Below are positions 1 to 8,978 of a stretch of 64,000 nucleotides of DNA, piece after piece. A program made the translations under genes and the position numbers. Position 1 is the stretch's first letter. Each line of letters starts with the position of its first letter. The stretch spans positions 5,540-69,539 of IMG/VR virus record IMGVR_UViG_3300028610_001353; one strand, given 5' to 3'. Below the pieces are notes generated by a model. It was not told the origin of the DNA and ran no database searches. It was given only the letters and a program-made list of their open reading frames with translations. This DNA comes from a virus.

Positions 1-1030
1 CCACAATCTGCCGATACATGCTCTGCTCACAGCGGGGCAAATCTCCGACGCAGATATTACGACCAAAGTCCAGAGGCTTTTGACTCACGCTCACAATCGG
101 AATCGGTCCCGCTACTGTCGCGAGGTTCTTCCGTACTTGCCTCGCAAGAGATTCGTGCAGTTGCGAATCGGTGTAGTACAGGATCACGCGAGGCGCGTCG
201 TAGCGGTCCACCAAGTACGTTTCCCAGCCAGGAACGGGCGCGAATTTCTCAATCAGCCAGTGAAACGGGCGGGTCTGATTCTCAAAAGCGTTATCCTTGA
301 AGTAGTACTTATCCCATGTGTATTTATGGGCTCTGGCTACTTGGCGGCCACTCATCGGATACGGAAACCCACCTTGCCCGACACGAAACCAATGGGCCTG
401 CCATGCGTCGCGATTGAGAATCTGCGAGCCGCCGCACAGCCAGGTTCGTAGACTAATCTCAATCCCCACGTTGCCCCATGATCCCACACCTTCGTCTAGC
501 AATCCGATATAGTCGCTCCACTCGCGAGTGGTAAACCAGCATGAACCCTGCCCTGTCATCACGTCCGGATAGGCCACCTTCGCTTCGGAACGCTTGCGGT
601 AGTCGGACCAGTAATGGCAGTACAGATCCAATCCAGGAAACATGAAGTGCGTTTTACCGCGCCGCTTGTCTGTCCACTTACGCACGTCAAGCCTACGCAT
701 CTCCGGTAGGACCACGGCATTGTTGGGGCAGTGTGACTGGAGAACTTCGTCAAAACCTTTCGACAGCTTGGCGTGGGCATCAATCTTCATCACATACAGC
801 CCGGACGACGTACGCACCCCGAGGTTGTATGCCGCGCGTTGGCCTATAGCCTTGTTGAGCCGTATGATCTTAACCCGCGAATCGTCGCTGTATAGTCGAG
901 GCTCTGCTTCGTCACCGTCAACGACGGCGATGATCTCGATGTCACCAGTAGCGGCCTCCAGCACCGAATCAACCGTGTGCTGAAAGTACGTTTCGCACCG
1001 ACCAGGGATAATCACGCTCACTCTAGGCAC
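1..1030 (-). CDS. Glycosyltransferase, GT-A fold (GT2/GT27 ppGalNAc-T-like), with a probable second domain; truncated at the window edge
   Basis: Absent from the ORF track because there is no stop in the window. Manual translation from GTG at 1030 gives [39 protein letters not shown]...[14 protein letters not shown]...[40 protein letters not shown], then VILYYTD...[13 protein letters not shown]. Confidence 0.85.
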   Translation of the reverse strand, partial: MPRVSVIIPGRCETYFQHTVDSVLEAATGDIEIIAVVDGDEAEPRLYSDDSRVKIIRLNKAIGQRAAYNLGVRTSSGLYVMKIDAHAKLSKGFDEVLQSHCPNNAVVLPEMRRLDVRKWTDKRRGKTHFMFPGLDLYCHYWSDYRKRSEAKVAYPDVMTGQGSCWFTTREWSDYIGLLDEGVGSWGNVGIEISLRTWLCGGSQILNRDAWQAHWFRVGQGGFPYPMSGRQVARAHKYTWDKYYFKDNAFENQTRPFHWLIEKFAPVPGWETYLVDRYDAPRVILYYTDSQLHESLARQVRKNLATVAGPIPIVSVSQKPLDFGRNICVGDLPRCEQSMYRQIV

Positions 1031-2897
1031 TGACGATCAACCCTCCCATTACGAGGCTGTGGACACCGTTGGCGGAGATAATCGGCATGGCCGTGAGACC
1101 TGCGCCGGAAGGCGAAGCCGATGCGCTGGCGGACTCGCTAGCCGATGCAGACGCGGATTCACTTGCACTTTCAGACGCCGATTCAGATGCGCTCTCAGAC
1201 GCACTTTCTGACGCGGACGGGGAGGGCGAGGCGCTTTCCGAGGCCGATTCGCTGGCACTCTCAGAGGCGCTTTCTGAAGCTGATTCCGATACGCTTTCAC
1301 TAGCGGATTCCGACACAGACGGGCTAATAGACGCACTTTCCGACGCTGACTCCGACGCCGAGCCACCAGAAGGGGATGCGGATTCGCTAGCTGATTCTGA
1401 AGTCGATTCCGACGCACTTTCTGACGCTGATGGAGAAATCGAGGCGGACTCAGAAGCTGACTCACTGGCTGATTCTGATGCTGATTCAGATATTGACGCT
1501 GACTCAGATACCGATTCGGAAGCAGATTCCGAAGCACTCTCACTGGCTGATTCTGAAGCAGACGGCGAAATACTTGCACTCCCGCTGGCTGACTCGCTAG
1601 CGGATTCTGACGCAGATTCAGATGCTGATTCAGACGCGCTTTCGCTTGCGCTCTCGGATGCCGATTCCGACATACTGGGACTAACAGAAGCGGATTCGCT
1701 GGCACTTTCCGACGCGGATTCGCTGGCCGATTCCGAAATGCTGGCCGACGCCGATTCCGACGCCGATTCGCTGGCCGAATCGGGCGACGGGCTGGACGAG
1801 CCCGCCTCCGTATACTCCAGATAGAGCGAGATCTTGAAATTGACGTCTTCGTCATCCTCACTTGGATCCACCATCTGCAATGCATAGGCCGTCGGTGCTG
1901 TTCGGTAACAGAGATCGCCCCCGTCCCCGCCAGAATCGTACATGCACCCGTGGCCCGACGCCTCCCACGTGGCCGCCGCGTGGTAGTTGTTGCCGTCGCT
2001 AATGCCGATCGCGTCGCCGCTACAGTCGACGGAATTCCATTGATTGATCGGTACGGGACTGGTTAGCTCGTAGGTACCTGAGCCCGACCCTGTGAGCAGA
2101 TTGCCGCCAGCCGTTCCGTCGTAGACGCCGAACTTCACCCGGCCGTCATTTGTGTTGGTGTAGATCCAAATTTTCGCTGCCGTGCCATCGCTGCCGGCCA
2201 GTGTATTTCTACCCTGGAGCCAGAATCTCGGGCCGGTCGAGTACCACGTACCACCTTCTACGTCGTAGCCGAGGTTCACGGGGTCCTCTACCGGATAGGC
2301 GGCATTATCCAGCCACTCTGAGTCATACGCTATCTTCAGTTCACCGGAGCCAGGGTCGATAGTCAGCGTACCCCAACACCGATCGCCGTTCTTGTCGATC
2401 GCTTCCGGACGATGGACATGCAACACCTTGCCGGTGCGATAGTTCGTCTGGCCGAGGATGTGATTGACTTTTGTCCGGTGGTACACCGCGCAGGAACCCA
2501 CCACGTCGTCGGGCCGCACGTGCCCGTCGGCGATTTGTTTGGGCGTCAATGCGGGCTGAGGGAGGAAGTCCAGGTCTTCATGGCCGCGGAGTTTGTAAAC
2601 CCACTCGTTCACTGCCGGACGCTTCAGCAGGGTCGTGGCGATCTGAATCCGACCGTCCTGCTGATAGATTCGGAGCTGATCGTCGACGCCAGGAAAGAGT
2701 AGCTTGCCATCGTCCAGCACCGCAGTCGACTCGGGACGGCCAAGCGGTTCAATCGAAAACTCTACTTCGCCGCGGAACCGAGAACACAAGACGTGTGGCT
2801 TGACGTCGCCGAGGTTCGTGGGGTCGCCGATCACCACCGGGTCGGCGTCGGGGCCGGCGGTGAGGTGGAACGTCTTGTCGGTGGGGTGGAAGTCCAT
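1023..2897 (-). CDS. Virion-associated/adhesin-like protein with a C-terminal serine-rich (SESA/SASE) repeat region
   Basis: 624-aa ORF with beta-rich N-terminal domains followed by about 235 aa of SESA/SAS repeats. Confidence 0.75.
   Translation of the reverse strand: MDFHPTDKTFHLTAGPDADPVVIGDPTNLGDVKPHVLCSRFRGEVEFSIEPLGRPESTAVLDDGKLLFPGVDDQLRIYQQDGRIQIATTLLKRPAVNEWVYKLRGHEDLDFLPQPALTPKQIADGHVRPDDVVGSCAVYHRTKVNHILGQTNYRTGKVLHVHRPEAIDKNGDRCWGTLTIDPGSGELKIAYDSEWLDNAAYPVEDPVNLGYDVEGGTWYSTGPRFWLQGRNTLAGSDGTAAKIWIYTNTNDGRVKFGVYDGTAGGNLLTGSGSGTYELTSPVPINQWNSVDCSGDAIGISDGNNYHAAATWEASGHGCMYDSGGDGGDLCYRTAPTAYALQMVDPSEDDEDVNFKISLYLEYTEAGSSSPSPDSASESASESASASISESASESASESASESASVSPSMSESASESASESASESASESASESASESASGSASISPSASESASESASESASESVSESASISESASESASESASESASISPSASESASESTSESASESASPSGGSASESASESASISPSVSESASESVSESASESASESASESASESASPSPSASESASESASESASESASESASASASESASASASPSGAGLTAMPIISANGVHSLVMGGLIVSA
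1100..1800 (-). repeat. Degenerate 12-nt coding tandem repeat (SESA units)
   Basis: Recurring gattcgct/gactc/gcactttc variants encode S-E-S-A; synonymous sites have diverged. Confidence 0.9.
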
Positions 2898-3088
2898 TAC
2901 TTTCCGTTGACGCCTCCCGTCGCGCCATCATCCTCGCTTGGATTCACCATCTGCGAACCGTACGCGGCCGGGGCAGCGTGCGTGGTCCGAGAGCCGTAAC
3001 ACAACCGGTGACCCGATGTCTCCAACATCGCCGCGACGTGGAAGGGGCCAGTATTTGGACACTCGGCGGCGCGTGCTGATATGTTCAT
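2897..3088 (-). CDS. Small ORF, a diverged copy of an internal segment of the downstream 624-aa protein
   Basis: [12 protein letters not shown]...[16 protein letters not shown] compared with [12 protein letters not shown]...[16 protein letters not shown]. Confidence 0.5.
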   Translation of the reverse strand: MNISARAAECPNTGPFHVAAMLETSGHRLCYGSRTTHAAPAAYGSQMVNPSEDDGATGGVNGK

Positions 3089-3136
3089 AGCTCACTTTCC
3101 GTTGACGACTTTCTGAAAGATCTGCTCTTGCCTTGG

Positions 3137-3409
3137 CTATCGCGTCTTCGTGTTGCCGGCCTGCTCACAATGCGCCCGCAGATCCTGAAGGGCCGCGACC
3201 AGCTTCTCTGAATCCTTATGCCGCTGCTCCTCCGCATCCTGGAGGTACGCCAGAACCGCCGGCGCCGTCCGGGTTACGATCCAGATCACGATAAACCCCA
3301 GAACGCCGGTTGCTCCGAGCCTTGCGACCGGGTCTATCATGCCGTTCGGCACCGCTTCACCGGCGGCCAGAAGCGAGATCGACAAGCCAAGAAGGATGGT
3401 GGTTTTCAT
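3137..3409 (-). CDS. Holin-like small membrane protein
   Basis: 90 aa with two hydrophobic segments and a charged C-terminus; its start overlaps the stop of the upstream gene. Confidence 0.5.
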   Translation of the reverse strand: MKTTILLGLSISLLAAGEAVPNGMIDPVARLGATGVLGFIVIWIVTRTAPAVLAYLQDAEEQRHKDSEKLVAALQDLRAHCEQAGNTKTR

Positions 3410-3789
3410 TGCTCGTCCGTGTCCCTGGCAGTTTCTTCGACGGCATTGTTGATAGCCACCGGGCCCTCGCTGGGAGGGACGTACCCGACTATGAGAGGTT
3501 GTTCCAACTTCTCCACCCGCTCGTCAATCTCACGGATATCGCGCTGATGACCGTTGAGCCGATGGCCTTGATGGTTGTTTTGCTCATACAGCACTCGCAT
3601 CTGATCCGGCAGGGTGTCGGCGGCGGGTAGGCACTCCAGCGTCTCCACCCGCGTGGCGAGCAGATCGTGATGCAAACACAGCGTGTTTAGGCGATCGGTT
3701 AGCGTCTTCACCATCGCGAACGACAGACCGAGCGCGATGCCGATCGGTACCGCCACGCTGATGCTTACGGTCCAGTCCCATACGCTCAT
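3406..3789 (-). CDS. Membrane-anchored coiled-coil protein (holin/spanin-like)
   Basis: N-terminal TM helix, then heptads (DIREIDERVEKLE). Confidence 0.45.
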   Translation of the reverse strand: MSVWDWTVSISVAVPIGIALGLSFAMVKTLTDRLNTLCLHHDLLATRVETLECLPAADTLPDQMRVLYEQNNHQGHRLNGHQRDIREIDERVEKLEQPLIVGYVPPSEGPVAINNAVEETARDTDEQ

Positions 3790-4753
3790 TGGCTACCGCC
3801 CTTCGCTTTGATAAAAATCAAAAGTCCCCGCAAACTCCTCAAATCGTGCCTTCTCATCTGCTCGTTGCTGAGCTTGACTTTTACCAATAGCCGCAGCAAA
3901 CCAAATATAGCTACGCATTACTAAATCAACATTGGATGGGGCAATTGCGGAATTGATTGGGGTAATTACAGACAACGGCTCTCTAAACAAATTAGGCCAA
4001 ACAGTATCGTACACATCGTCGTAGTCGATCTTCCGATCCCGATTTACGTCGGCGGGATTATCAATACCTATCACACTAGATGCAAAGAGTGATGGCCAGA
4101 TGACATCAAATACATCATCGTAATCGACCCGAAAGTCGCCAGTAGTTTCACCGATGAGGTTGCCGAAGAAAAACACGTCATCTTGCGTTGGATCAAAATC
4201 AAATGTCGCCTGTAAATCAAAATCAGCGAGCAGCACTTGAATTTGAAGCCATTCATTTTGGATAGCATTATCTTCCCACCGAATGAAAATCCTATCCTCT
4301 CCGTCCTTTCCGGCATCCTCTACAACGCCAATCGCGATTGGCTCTGGTGCAATCTCCCACTCTTGGATGAGATCTGCATTACCGACACGAAATACAAAAT
4401 CAGTCGCGTCTATCACCGCCTCATCGGGCACCTCAAACACGTCGATAACAATCCCGTTGAGTCCCTTGTCGTAGCTAGTATAATTTGAGCCAGTGGCTGC
4501 TTCTCCTATTGCCAAAGGCGTTTTGTCTGTTGCGATTGCTGGATCTTCAAATGAGCTGCCGTTGTAAGCCACGTAGACGCCCGTAATGTTGTTGAGCCTG
4601 GTGATTTCTATGGTTGTATCAGCGGCAACTGATAAGAGATTGCGTTGTTCCAGGTGCTCCAATCTGCACATTCTCACAATCACCTCCAATCGAACTTCAA
4701 CCGGATGCCAACACGCAAACGGCAGTCCACATCATTGGCTACCGCCCTTCGCT
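3786..4753. repeat. 22-bp direct repeat TCATTGGCTACCGCCCTTCGCT at 3786-3807 and 4732-4753 flanking the moron
   Basis: Exact match read from the sequence; on the minus strand it contains an RBS-like segment and ATG. Confidence 0.9.
3793..4689 (-). CDS. Planctomycete-type extracellular protein with dockerin/EF-hand-like repeats (moron)
   Basis: N-terminal LEHLEQRNLLS resembles the Planctomycete extracellular motif. It also has AIATDKTPL..NYTSYDKGLNGIVID and twin GDFRVDYDD / DVNRDRKIDYDD loops, and is visibly more AT-rich than its neighbours. Confidence 0.75.
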   Translation of the reverse strand: MEVIVRMCRLEHLEQRNLLSVAADTTIEITRLNNITGVYVAYNGSSFEDPAIATDKTPLAIGEAATGSNYTSYDKGLNGIVIDVFEVPDEAVIDATDFVFRVGNADLIQEWEIAPEPIAIGVVEDAGKDGEDRIFIRWEDNAIQNEWLQIQVLLADFDLQATFDFDPTQDDVFFFGNLIGETTGDFRVDYDDVFDVIWPSLFASSVIGIDNPADVNRDRKIDYDDVYDTVWPNLFREPLSVITPINSAIAPSNVDLVMRSYIWFAAAIGKSQAQQRADEKARFEEFAGTFDFYQSEGR

Positions 4754-5465
4754 ACTCTCCCTTTTGCGAATCGCCCACCGCTTCCGTCTTGCGGTTTGGG
4801 CTGTTCTCCGGTCCGCGTGGTTCATCGGTTGCGCGAACTTGAGCCACATCGACTCGGTTGGCGTCGCCACCAAAGGTCAGCAGGAAACCGAGAATCTGCT
4901 GGTAGTGTCCATAGATCCGCATCGAGTCGGTCTGTGTAATGAACCGCGTACGGTCTCGGCTGTTCAGTCGGGTCCAAGCGACGATCGCCTTGTCGATTGC
5001 TCCCAAGAGGATAAGCCCATTCTGACCTGGCAGATCGAGCATCGAGTTAAGCGGGATATTTGGGTCCGTCCCGTCAAACGCCCAGGGCAATTGATATAAT
5101 CCGCCGGAGCCCATTTGGATATCGTCACCGCCGAACGGATTGTCGGCCTCTTCGAGTTCCTCATCCGCACTGATGGCCTTCTGGATCTTGTCGCCCAACG
5201 GCAGCTTGTCCGGGTTGTGGGTAATTCGTCGGCGCCACTTGTCGGCGTTAGCTAACTGTCCAATGAAATGATCGCGCGTTGGGTTATCCATTCCACCGCG
5301 ATCGGTTAGGTCGTCGTTGGTGACCGCCTCTTCGCGAAAGAGCATCAAAGGGGCTAAGCCAGCCGCAACATGAAGGTTCCGCATCTCCACGATCGCGTCG
5401 CGGAACTGTTCCTTGGCAGGGCTACCGATCGGCATTGGAAGTCTCCTAACTTGCTTGAGGTTCAA
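4752..5465 (-). CDS. Hypothetical protein
   Basis: 237-aa ORF in operon order with natural composition; likely start MPIGS. Confidence 0.65.
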   Translation of the reverse strand: MNLKQVRRLPMPIGSPAKEQFRDAIVEMRNLHVAAGLAPLMLFREEAVTNDDLTDRGGMDNPTRDHFIGQLANADKWRRRITHNPDKLPLGDKIQKAISADEELEEADNPFGGDDIQMGSGGLYQLPWAFDGTDPNIPLNSMLDLPGQNGLILLGAIDKAIVAWTRLNSRDRTRFITQTDSMRIYGHYQQILGFLLTFGGDANRVDVAQVRATDEPRGPENSPNRKTEAVGDSQKGE

Positions 5466-6864
5466 GGGCCAGAGGGGCCATTTCGTTAAAGCGATCCTTT
5501 AATCGCTGTCGCAAGGCCCGAGCGTAGTCCGCTTCAGGTCCGCTGGGCTTGCGGTCAATCGTGTTCTGAAGTTCGTCGTAGGCAAGGCGGCCGACAAGTG
5601 CATCATGTAGCGGTGAACGTCCTTCGGATCGCGAAAGTTGTAGAAACTGAGCGGCCTCAGTGTCGTCGCGGGGAAACGAACCGACCGCATCAGCGGCCGC
5701 TCCTTTGCCTCGCTTGGCCCGACGCCGACGAATCAACCACCAGAGGGCCAGGCCTGCAGCGCCCGCCGGTGGACAACTGAATCCCGCTACCGTAGCGGCG
5801 GCCGTTACCCATGCAGGCATCGCCGGCAAAAGGCCCGCTAGCCAGCCGGCTTCAGCGACCTTGACAGCTTTGGCGACGATCGGCACAACATCCTTTGCCA
5901 CTTTAGGCAGCCCGGAAACTACCACTGCCTTTGGCTGACTGTCACTCTTTGCCTTAGTCGGCGGCGATAGGTTCCTGGGCACGAAGTCGGCCCAGTTCTC
6001 CGGCATGGGGACCAGGGAGGGCACACTAGGCGGCTGGATCGCCTTAGCCGACGGACGAACAGGCACCAGCGGTCGTCGCGCCGGCGGCTCTGTTCCTACG
6101 ATTCTTTGCGCCACGCCAACGATGGGTTCTAGGATGCGATGAAGCACGGTGCAAACTGGGCCCATCGCCGAGGTGTGGTCGGTGGTCGCGATCATCCCCA
6201 CCACTTCGCCGCGCCGGTTGACGATCGGGCCTCCTGAAAACCCCTGGGGCACCGGCGCCGTGATTTGCAGCCAGTCCAACGGCTGGCCGCGACGCGGCCC
6301 GACCCTCAGCCCCAGGCTGCCAGAGACCCGCCCACACGTCTCCCGGGCGGCTGTGTATCCGAAGCCAAACAGCGGCTCGCCAGGCCGTGGCCATCCACTC
6401 GCTATCACCAGCGGGCGAAACGCCGGCCGCGGGATCGACAAATAGGCCACGTCCCAGAGCGGATCAACATGCACAACGCGGGCTGGAAACGTCTTGCCCG
6501 CAAAGGTCACGGTGAGTTTGTCCACTCGGTCTCGAAACAGGTGGGCCGCCGTGGCCACCAGCGCGTAATCCCTGGCCGGATCGGAGTAGGCCAACCACCC
6601 GGTCTGGTAGCCAGTCCCCGTCGGCCCGCGGCCAATCACCCGGCCCACGGCAAGTGGCGTGTCATCTGGAGACAGCGGGCAAACACCGTCGGGGCAGCAA
6701 GCGGGGGCAGCCGACACGGCCGCCGCGTTGGGCCAGCCGCCACCTGAGCACGGTTCAGCGGCGAACGCTACGGACGCGAGAACGGAAGCCAGGTACAGGG
6801 CGAGAGTGACGCCCACGATAACGGCGACCAGCAGCTGGTTGGGGGATAGAGACTTAGTCTTCAT
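5446..6864 (-). CDS. Secreted/membrane trypsin-like (S1) serine protease
   Basis: Signal/TM N-terminus, catalytic motifs ATAAH, WDVAYL and QGFSGGP, a Pro-rich linker, and a second TM followed by RRRR. Confidence 0.8.
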   Translation of the reverse strand: MKTKSLSPNQLLVAVIVGVTLALYLASVLASVAFAAEPCSGGGWPNAAAVSAAPACCPDGVCPLSPDDTPLAVGRVIGRGPTGTGYQTGWLAYSDPARDYALVATAAHLFRDRVDKLTVTFAGKTFPARVVHVDPLWDVAYLSIPRPAFRPLVIASGWPRPGEPLFGFGYTAARETCGRVSGSLGLRVGPRRGQPLDWLQITAPVPQGFSGGPIVNRRGEVVGMIATTDHTSAMGPVCTVLHRILEPIVGVAQRIVGTEPPARRPLVPVRPSAKAIQPPSVPSLVPMPENWADFVPRNLSPPTKAKSDSQPKAVVVSGLPKVAKDVVPIVAKAVKVAEAGWLAGLLPAMPAWVTAAATVAGFSCPPAGAAGLALWWLIRRRRAKRGKGAAADAVGSFPRDDTEAAQFLQLSRSEGRSPLHDALVGRLAYDELQNTIDRKPSGPEADYARALRQRLKDRFNEMAPLALEPQAS

Positions 6865-7111
6865 AGGTCGGCTCCCTCACGGGTGGCGGGCCGAAGTCGA
6901 CGACGAAGCACCCACACCATGGCCCGTCGTTGAAATCGTAGAGACCCGGCCAGAAATCGGCCGATGAACAAGAAGGCACCCCTCACGCGGGGGGCGCATA
7001 GAAAGTTGCGTGGGGAGAGCCCAGCGGGGATACTCTGGACAGAATGAGAAGCGGGACGTTCCACGACCGAGCACCAATACTGGCGCACCTAGCGTGGCTC
7101 GTCCCACCACC

Positions 7112-7140
7112 ACTATACGGGGGACCGTCGCCACTGTCAA
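7112..7140 (-). promoter_or_regulatory. Sigma70-type promoter TTGACA-N17-TATAGT driving the protease/holin/GT block
   Basis: Plus-strand tgtcaa at 7135-7140 and actata at 7112-7117 with a 17-nt spacer. Confidence 0.75.
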
Positions 7141-7215
7141 CAGAAACCCGGCCGGGCGGCCACACCGGTGGGACGGGCACGCCAAGTGCGTGTCGGCCGC
7201 CGGCCGGGCGTTTAG

Positions 7216-7386
7216 TCAGTCAAACAAACCGCCCCACCAGAACAGGGCCAAGTTCACCGCGACCATCACACACGCCGACCCAAAGTGGTACTTGTCCTTT
7301 CGGGCCTCACCATGCCTGGCCGCGTGCATCCCAAGACCAATGAAGACTAATGCCAGGATAATTCCCTCTGGCCATCCGATCGTCAT
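7216..7386 (-). CDS. Small 2-TM membrane protein (56 aa)
   Basis: Manual translation MTIGWPEGIILALVFIGLG...VMVAVNLALFWWGGLFD; below the ORF-track size cutoff. Confidence 0.55.
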   Translation of the reverse strand: MTIGWPEGIILALVFIGLGMHAARHGEARKDKYHFGSACVMVAVNLALFWWGGLFD

Positions 7387-7415
7387 GATTTCCCTTTCGT
7401 GTTAGTTTGCCATCG

Positions 7416-7452
7416 TGGCCCCCAGGCCGGAGTCGAACCGGCGCCGGGGGCT
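7416..7452 (-). ncRNA. tRNA minihelix-like hairpin (acceptor-like stem plus T-arm, ending CCA)
   Basis: GCCCCCGG-C-GCCGG-TTCGACT-CCGGC-CTGGGGGC-CA on the minus strand; no D or anticodon arm. Confidence 0.45.
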
Positions 7453-7551
7453 GGCTACATAACCGTTGGTCTGCACGCTTCTTTTGGGCTGTGAACAAGG
7501 CCACATTTATGGCAGATCACGGGGCATCACCTCCTTTCAAATCGGGCTGGA

Positions 7552-7911
7552 TCAGTCGATGGTGTCAATACCGTCGACCGGGTATTGCAGAGCATCCATT
7601 CGGCTAGCCTGCTCTTGCATGACCTTTATGACCGCCGGAAGGCGTTCTGTGGACATTACTACCCGCGCCACGCATTGAGCCGTGACAGACCCTAGTTCGG
7701 CAAATTGCCTCGCTCGGTCCACTGGGTCGTCGGCCACTATGGTTGGCGAATTGATCCAGAAAAACATCAAATAGAATTCCGGGCCGTCGTTTTGTGCTAC
7801 GAAGTGATTCGCAACAAGTGGCATTTGGCCTGGCGGAAATTCCCTTTCGATAGGCAATGCCGTGGACGCCACCTTCTTCCTCTTAAATAGTCTCCACTTC
7901 ATCTGAAACAT
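7552..7911 (-). CDS. DUF3467-like protein
   Basis: ANHFVAQNDGPEFYLMF...VARVVMS pattern. Confidence 0.55.
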   Translation of the reverse strand: MFQMKWRLFKRKKVASTALPIEREFPPGQMPLVANHFVAQNDGPEFYLMFFWINSPTIVADDPVDRARQFAELGSVTAQCVARVVMSTERLPAVIKVMQEQASRMDALQYPVDGIDTID

Positions 7912-7985
7912 CCTCCTTTCAAGGCCCGCTCCGTCCTGGGGCGACCTCGCTTCGGCGGGTCGGCCGGACGGGCGCGGGCGTTTAG

Positions 7986-8357
7986 TCACCACCTCTTGGG
8001 TCCATCGTCAAATACCTCAATCCGTATGCCGGTCAGTAGCGACGGCGACAACCGAGGATCAGCAGGCACTGAGTGCTGCTTGATAGCCTCGTAGATGTGC
8101 GGACAGACCACGATGGTCTCACCGTAGCCGTCTTGGGTCACCGTAGGCTTCCGGCCGCACACGCCACACGTGGTTTGCTCTACCAGTTCGGCCGATCGCC
8201 GCAGGTGCGCTTTTTCGATGGCGTCGAATTTTGCAGTCGCGACGCGCACGCTTTCGAGCAGTTGGTCGAACGTGATGTCGGTAGACGAACTCACCGTCGA
8301 GCAGTTACTTAGCCAGATTGGGTCAGTCTCGTGGTCCATTTCACTTTCTTTCCTCAA
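7986..8357 (-). CDS. Hypothetical protein with CxxC
   Basis: ORF in operon order, contains CGVC. Confidence 0.55.
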   Translation of the reverse strand: MRKESEMDHETDPIWLSNCSTVSSSTDITFDQLLESVRVATAKFDAIEKAHLRRSAELVEQTTCGVCGRKPTVTQDGYGETIVVCPHIYEAIKQHSVPADPRLSPSLLTGIRIEVFDDGPKRW

Positions 8358-8378
8358 GCCGCCGGGCCGGGCGTTTAG

Positions 8379-8705
8379 TCAATCACCGCCCTCGGTCATC
8401 GAGCCTGGCCGCTCGCCCGGGGGTATGTATCGCCAGTGCCCGCGGTTATAGGTGCCTGTTGTTGGCGTAGCCTCATTCTTCGACGTCACCTTCTCCAGCG
8501 CGTCTTGTGCCGCGTCGATCGCCGCTTGTTGCTCGTCGAGTTCGCCGCGGAGCATGTTGCACTCATTCAACGCTCTGGACTCGCCCGTGCTAAACACACC
8601 TGCCGTTCGTCGCCAGTCCCGGGCATCTAGCCAGAAGAAGAGAGCCACCACCGCGAATATCGCCGTCATGACCCATGGGCCGGCTGATAGAAACAGATCA
8701 AGCAT
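8379..8705 (-). CDS. Membrane-anchored coiled-coil protein
   Basis: N-terminal TM, then heptads; RBS aggagagg. Confidence 0.6.
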   Translation of the reverse strand: MLDLFLSAGPWVMTAIFAVVALFFWLDARDWRRTAGVFSTGESRALNECNMLRGELDEQQAAIDAAQDALEKVTSKNEATPTTGTYNRGHWRYIPPGERPGSMTEGGD

Positions 8706-8708
8706 CGT

Positions 8709-8978
8709 TCACCTCTCCTTTGGATGATTTTTCCGCCGCAACTCCCACATCTGGCACTCCCAGCACGGCGCCGGGCTCATGCCGCCGCACCCAGAGCAGC
8801 GCACGGCGGGACCGGTGGGTGGCACCCTCGCTTCCTCCGCGACATAGCGGTGGGTGCCCCGCGAGATCGAGCCCACAGTCTCCCGGCAAACGCCGGTCCG
8901 TTTCGCGATTTGCCGTAGCGTCAGACTTTTACTGGCAAGCAGCCGCTCGATCTTGAGGACGGTCTCGCGGGAGATCAT
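8709..8978 (-). CDS. HTH + zinc-finger DNA-binding protein
   Basis: LTLRQIAKRTGVCRETVGSI helix-turn-helix, then CSGC..CWEC. Confidence 0.7.
   Translation of the reverse strand: MISRETVLKIERLLASKSLTLRQIAKRTGVCRETVGSISRGTHRYVAEEARVPPTGPAVRCSGCGGMSPAPCWECQMWELRRKNHPKER

Noticed and set aside
1049-1885. Alternative-frame and antisense ORFs over the Ser repeat (278 aa, 251 aa)
   Set aside because: They are by-products of the stop-free 12-nt repeat.
1850-3045. Possible DGR template/variable repeat pair
   Set aside because: Differences are not restricted to adenines and include indels, and no reverse transcriptase is present in the window.
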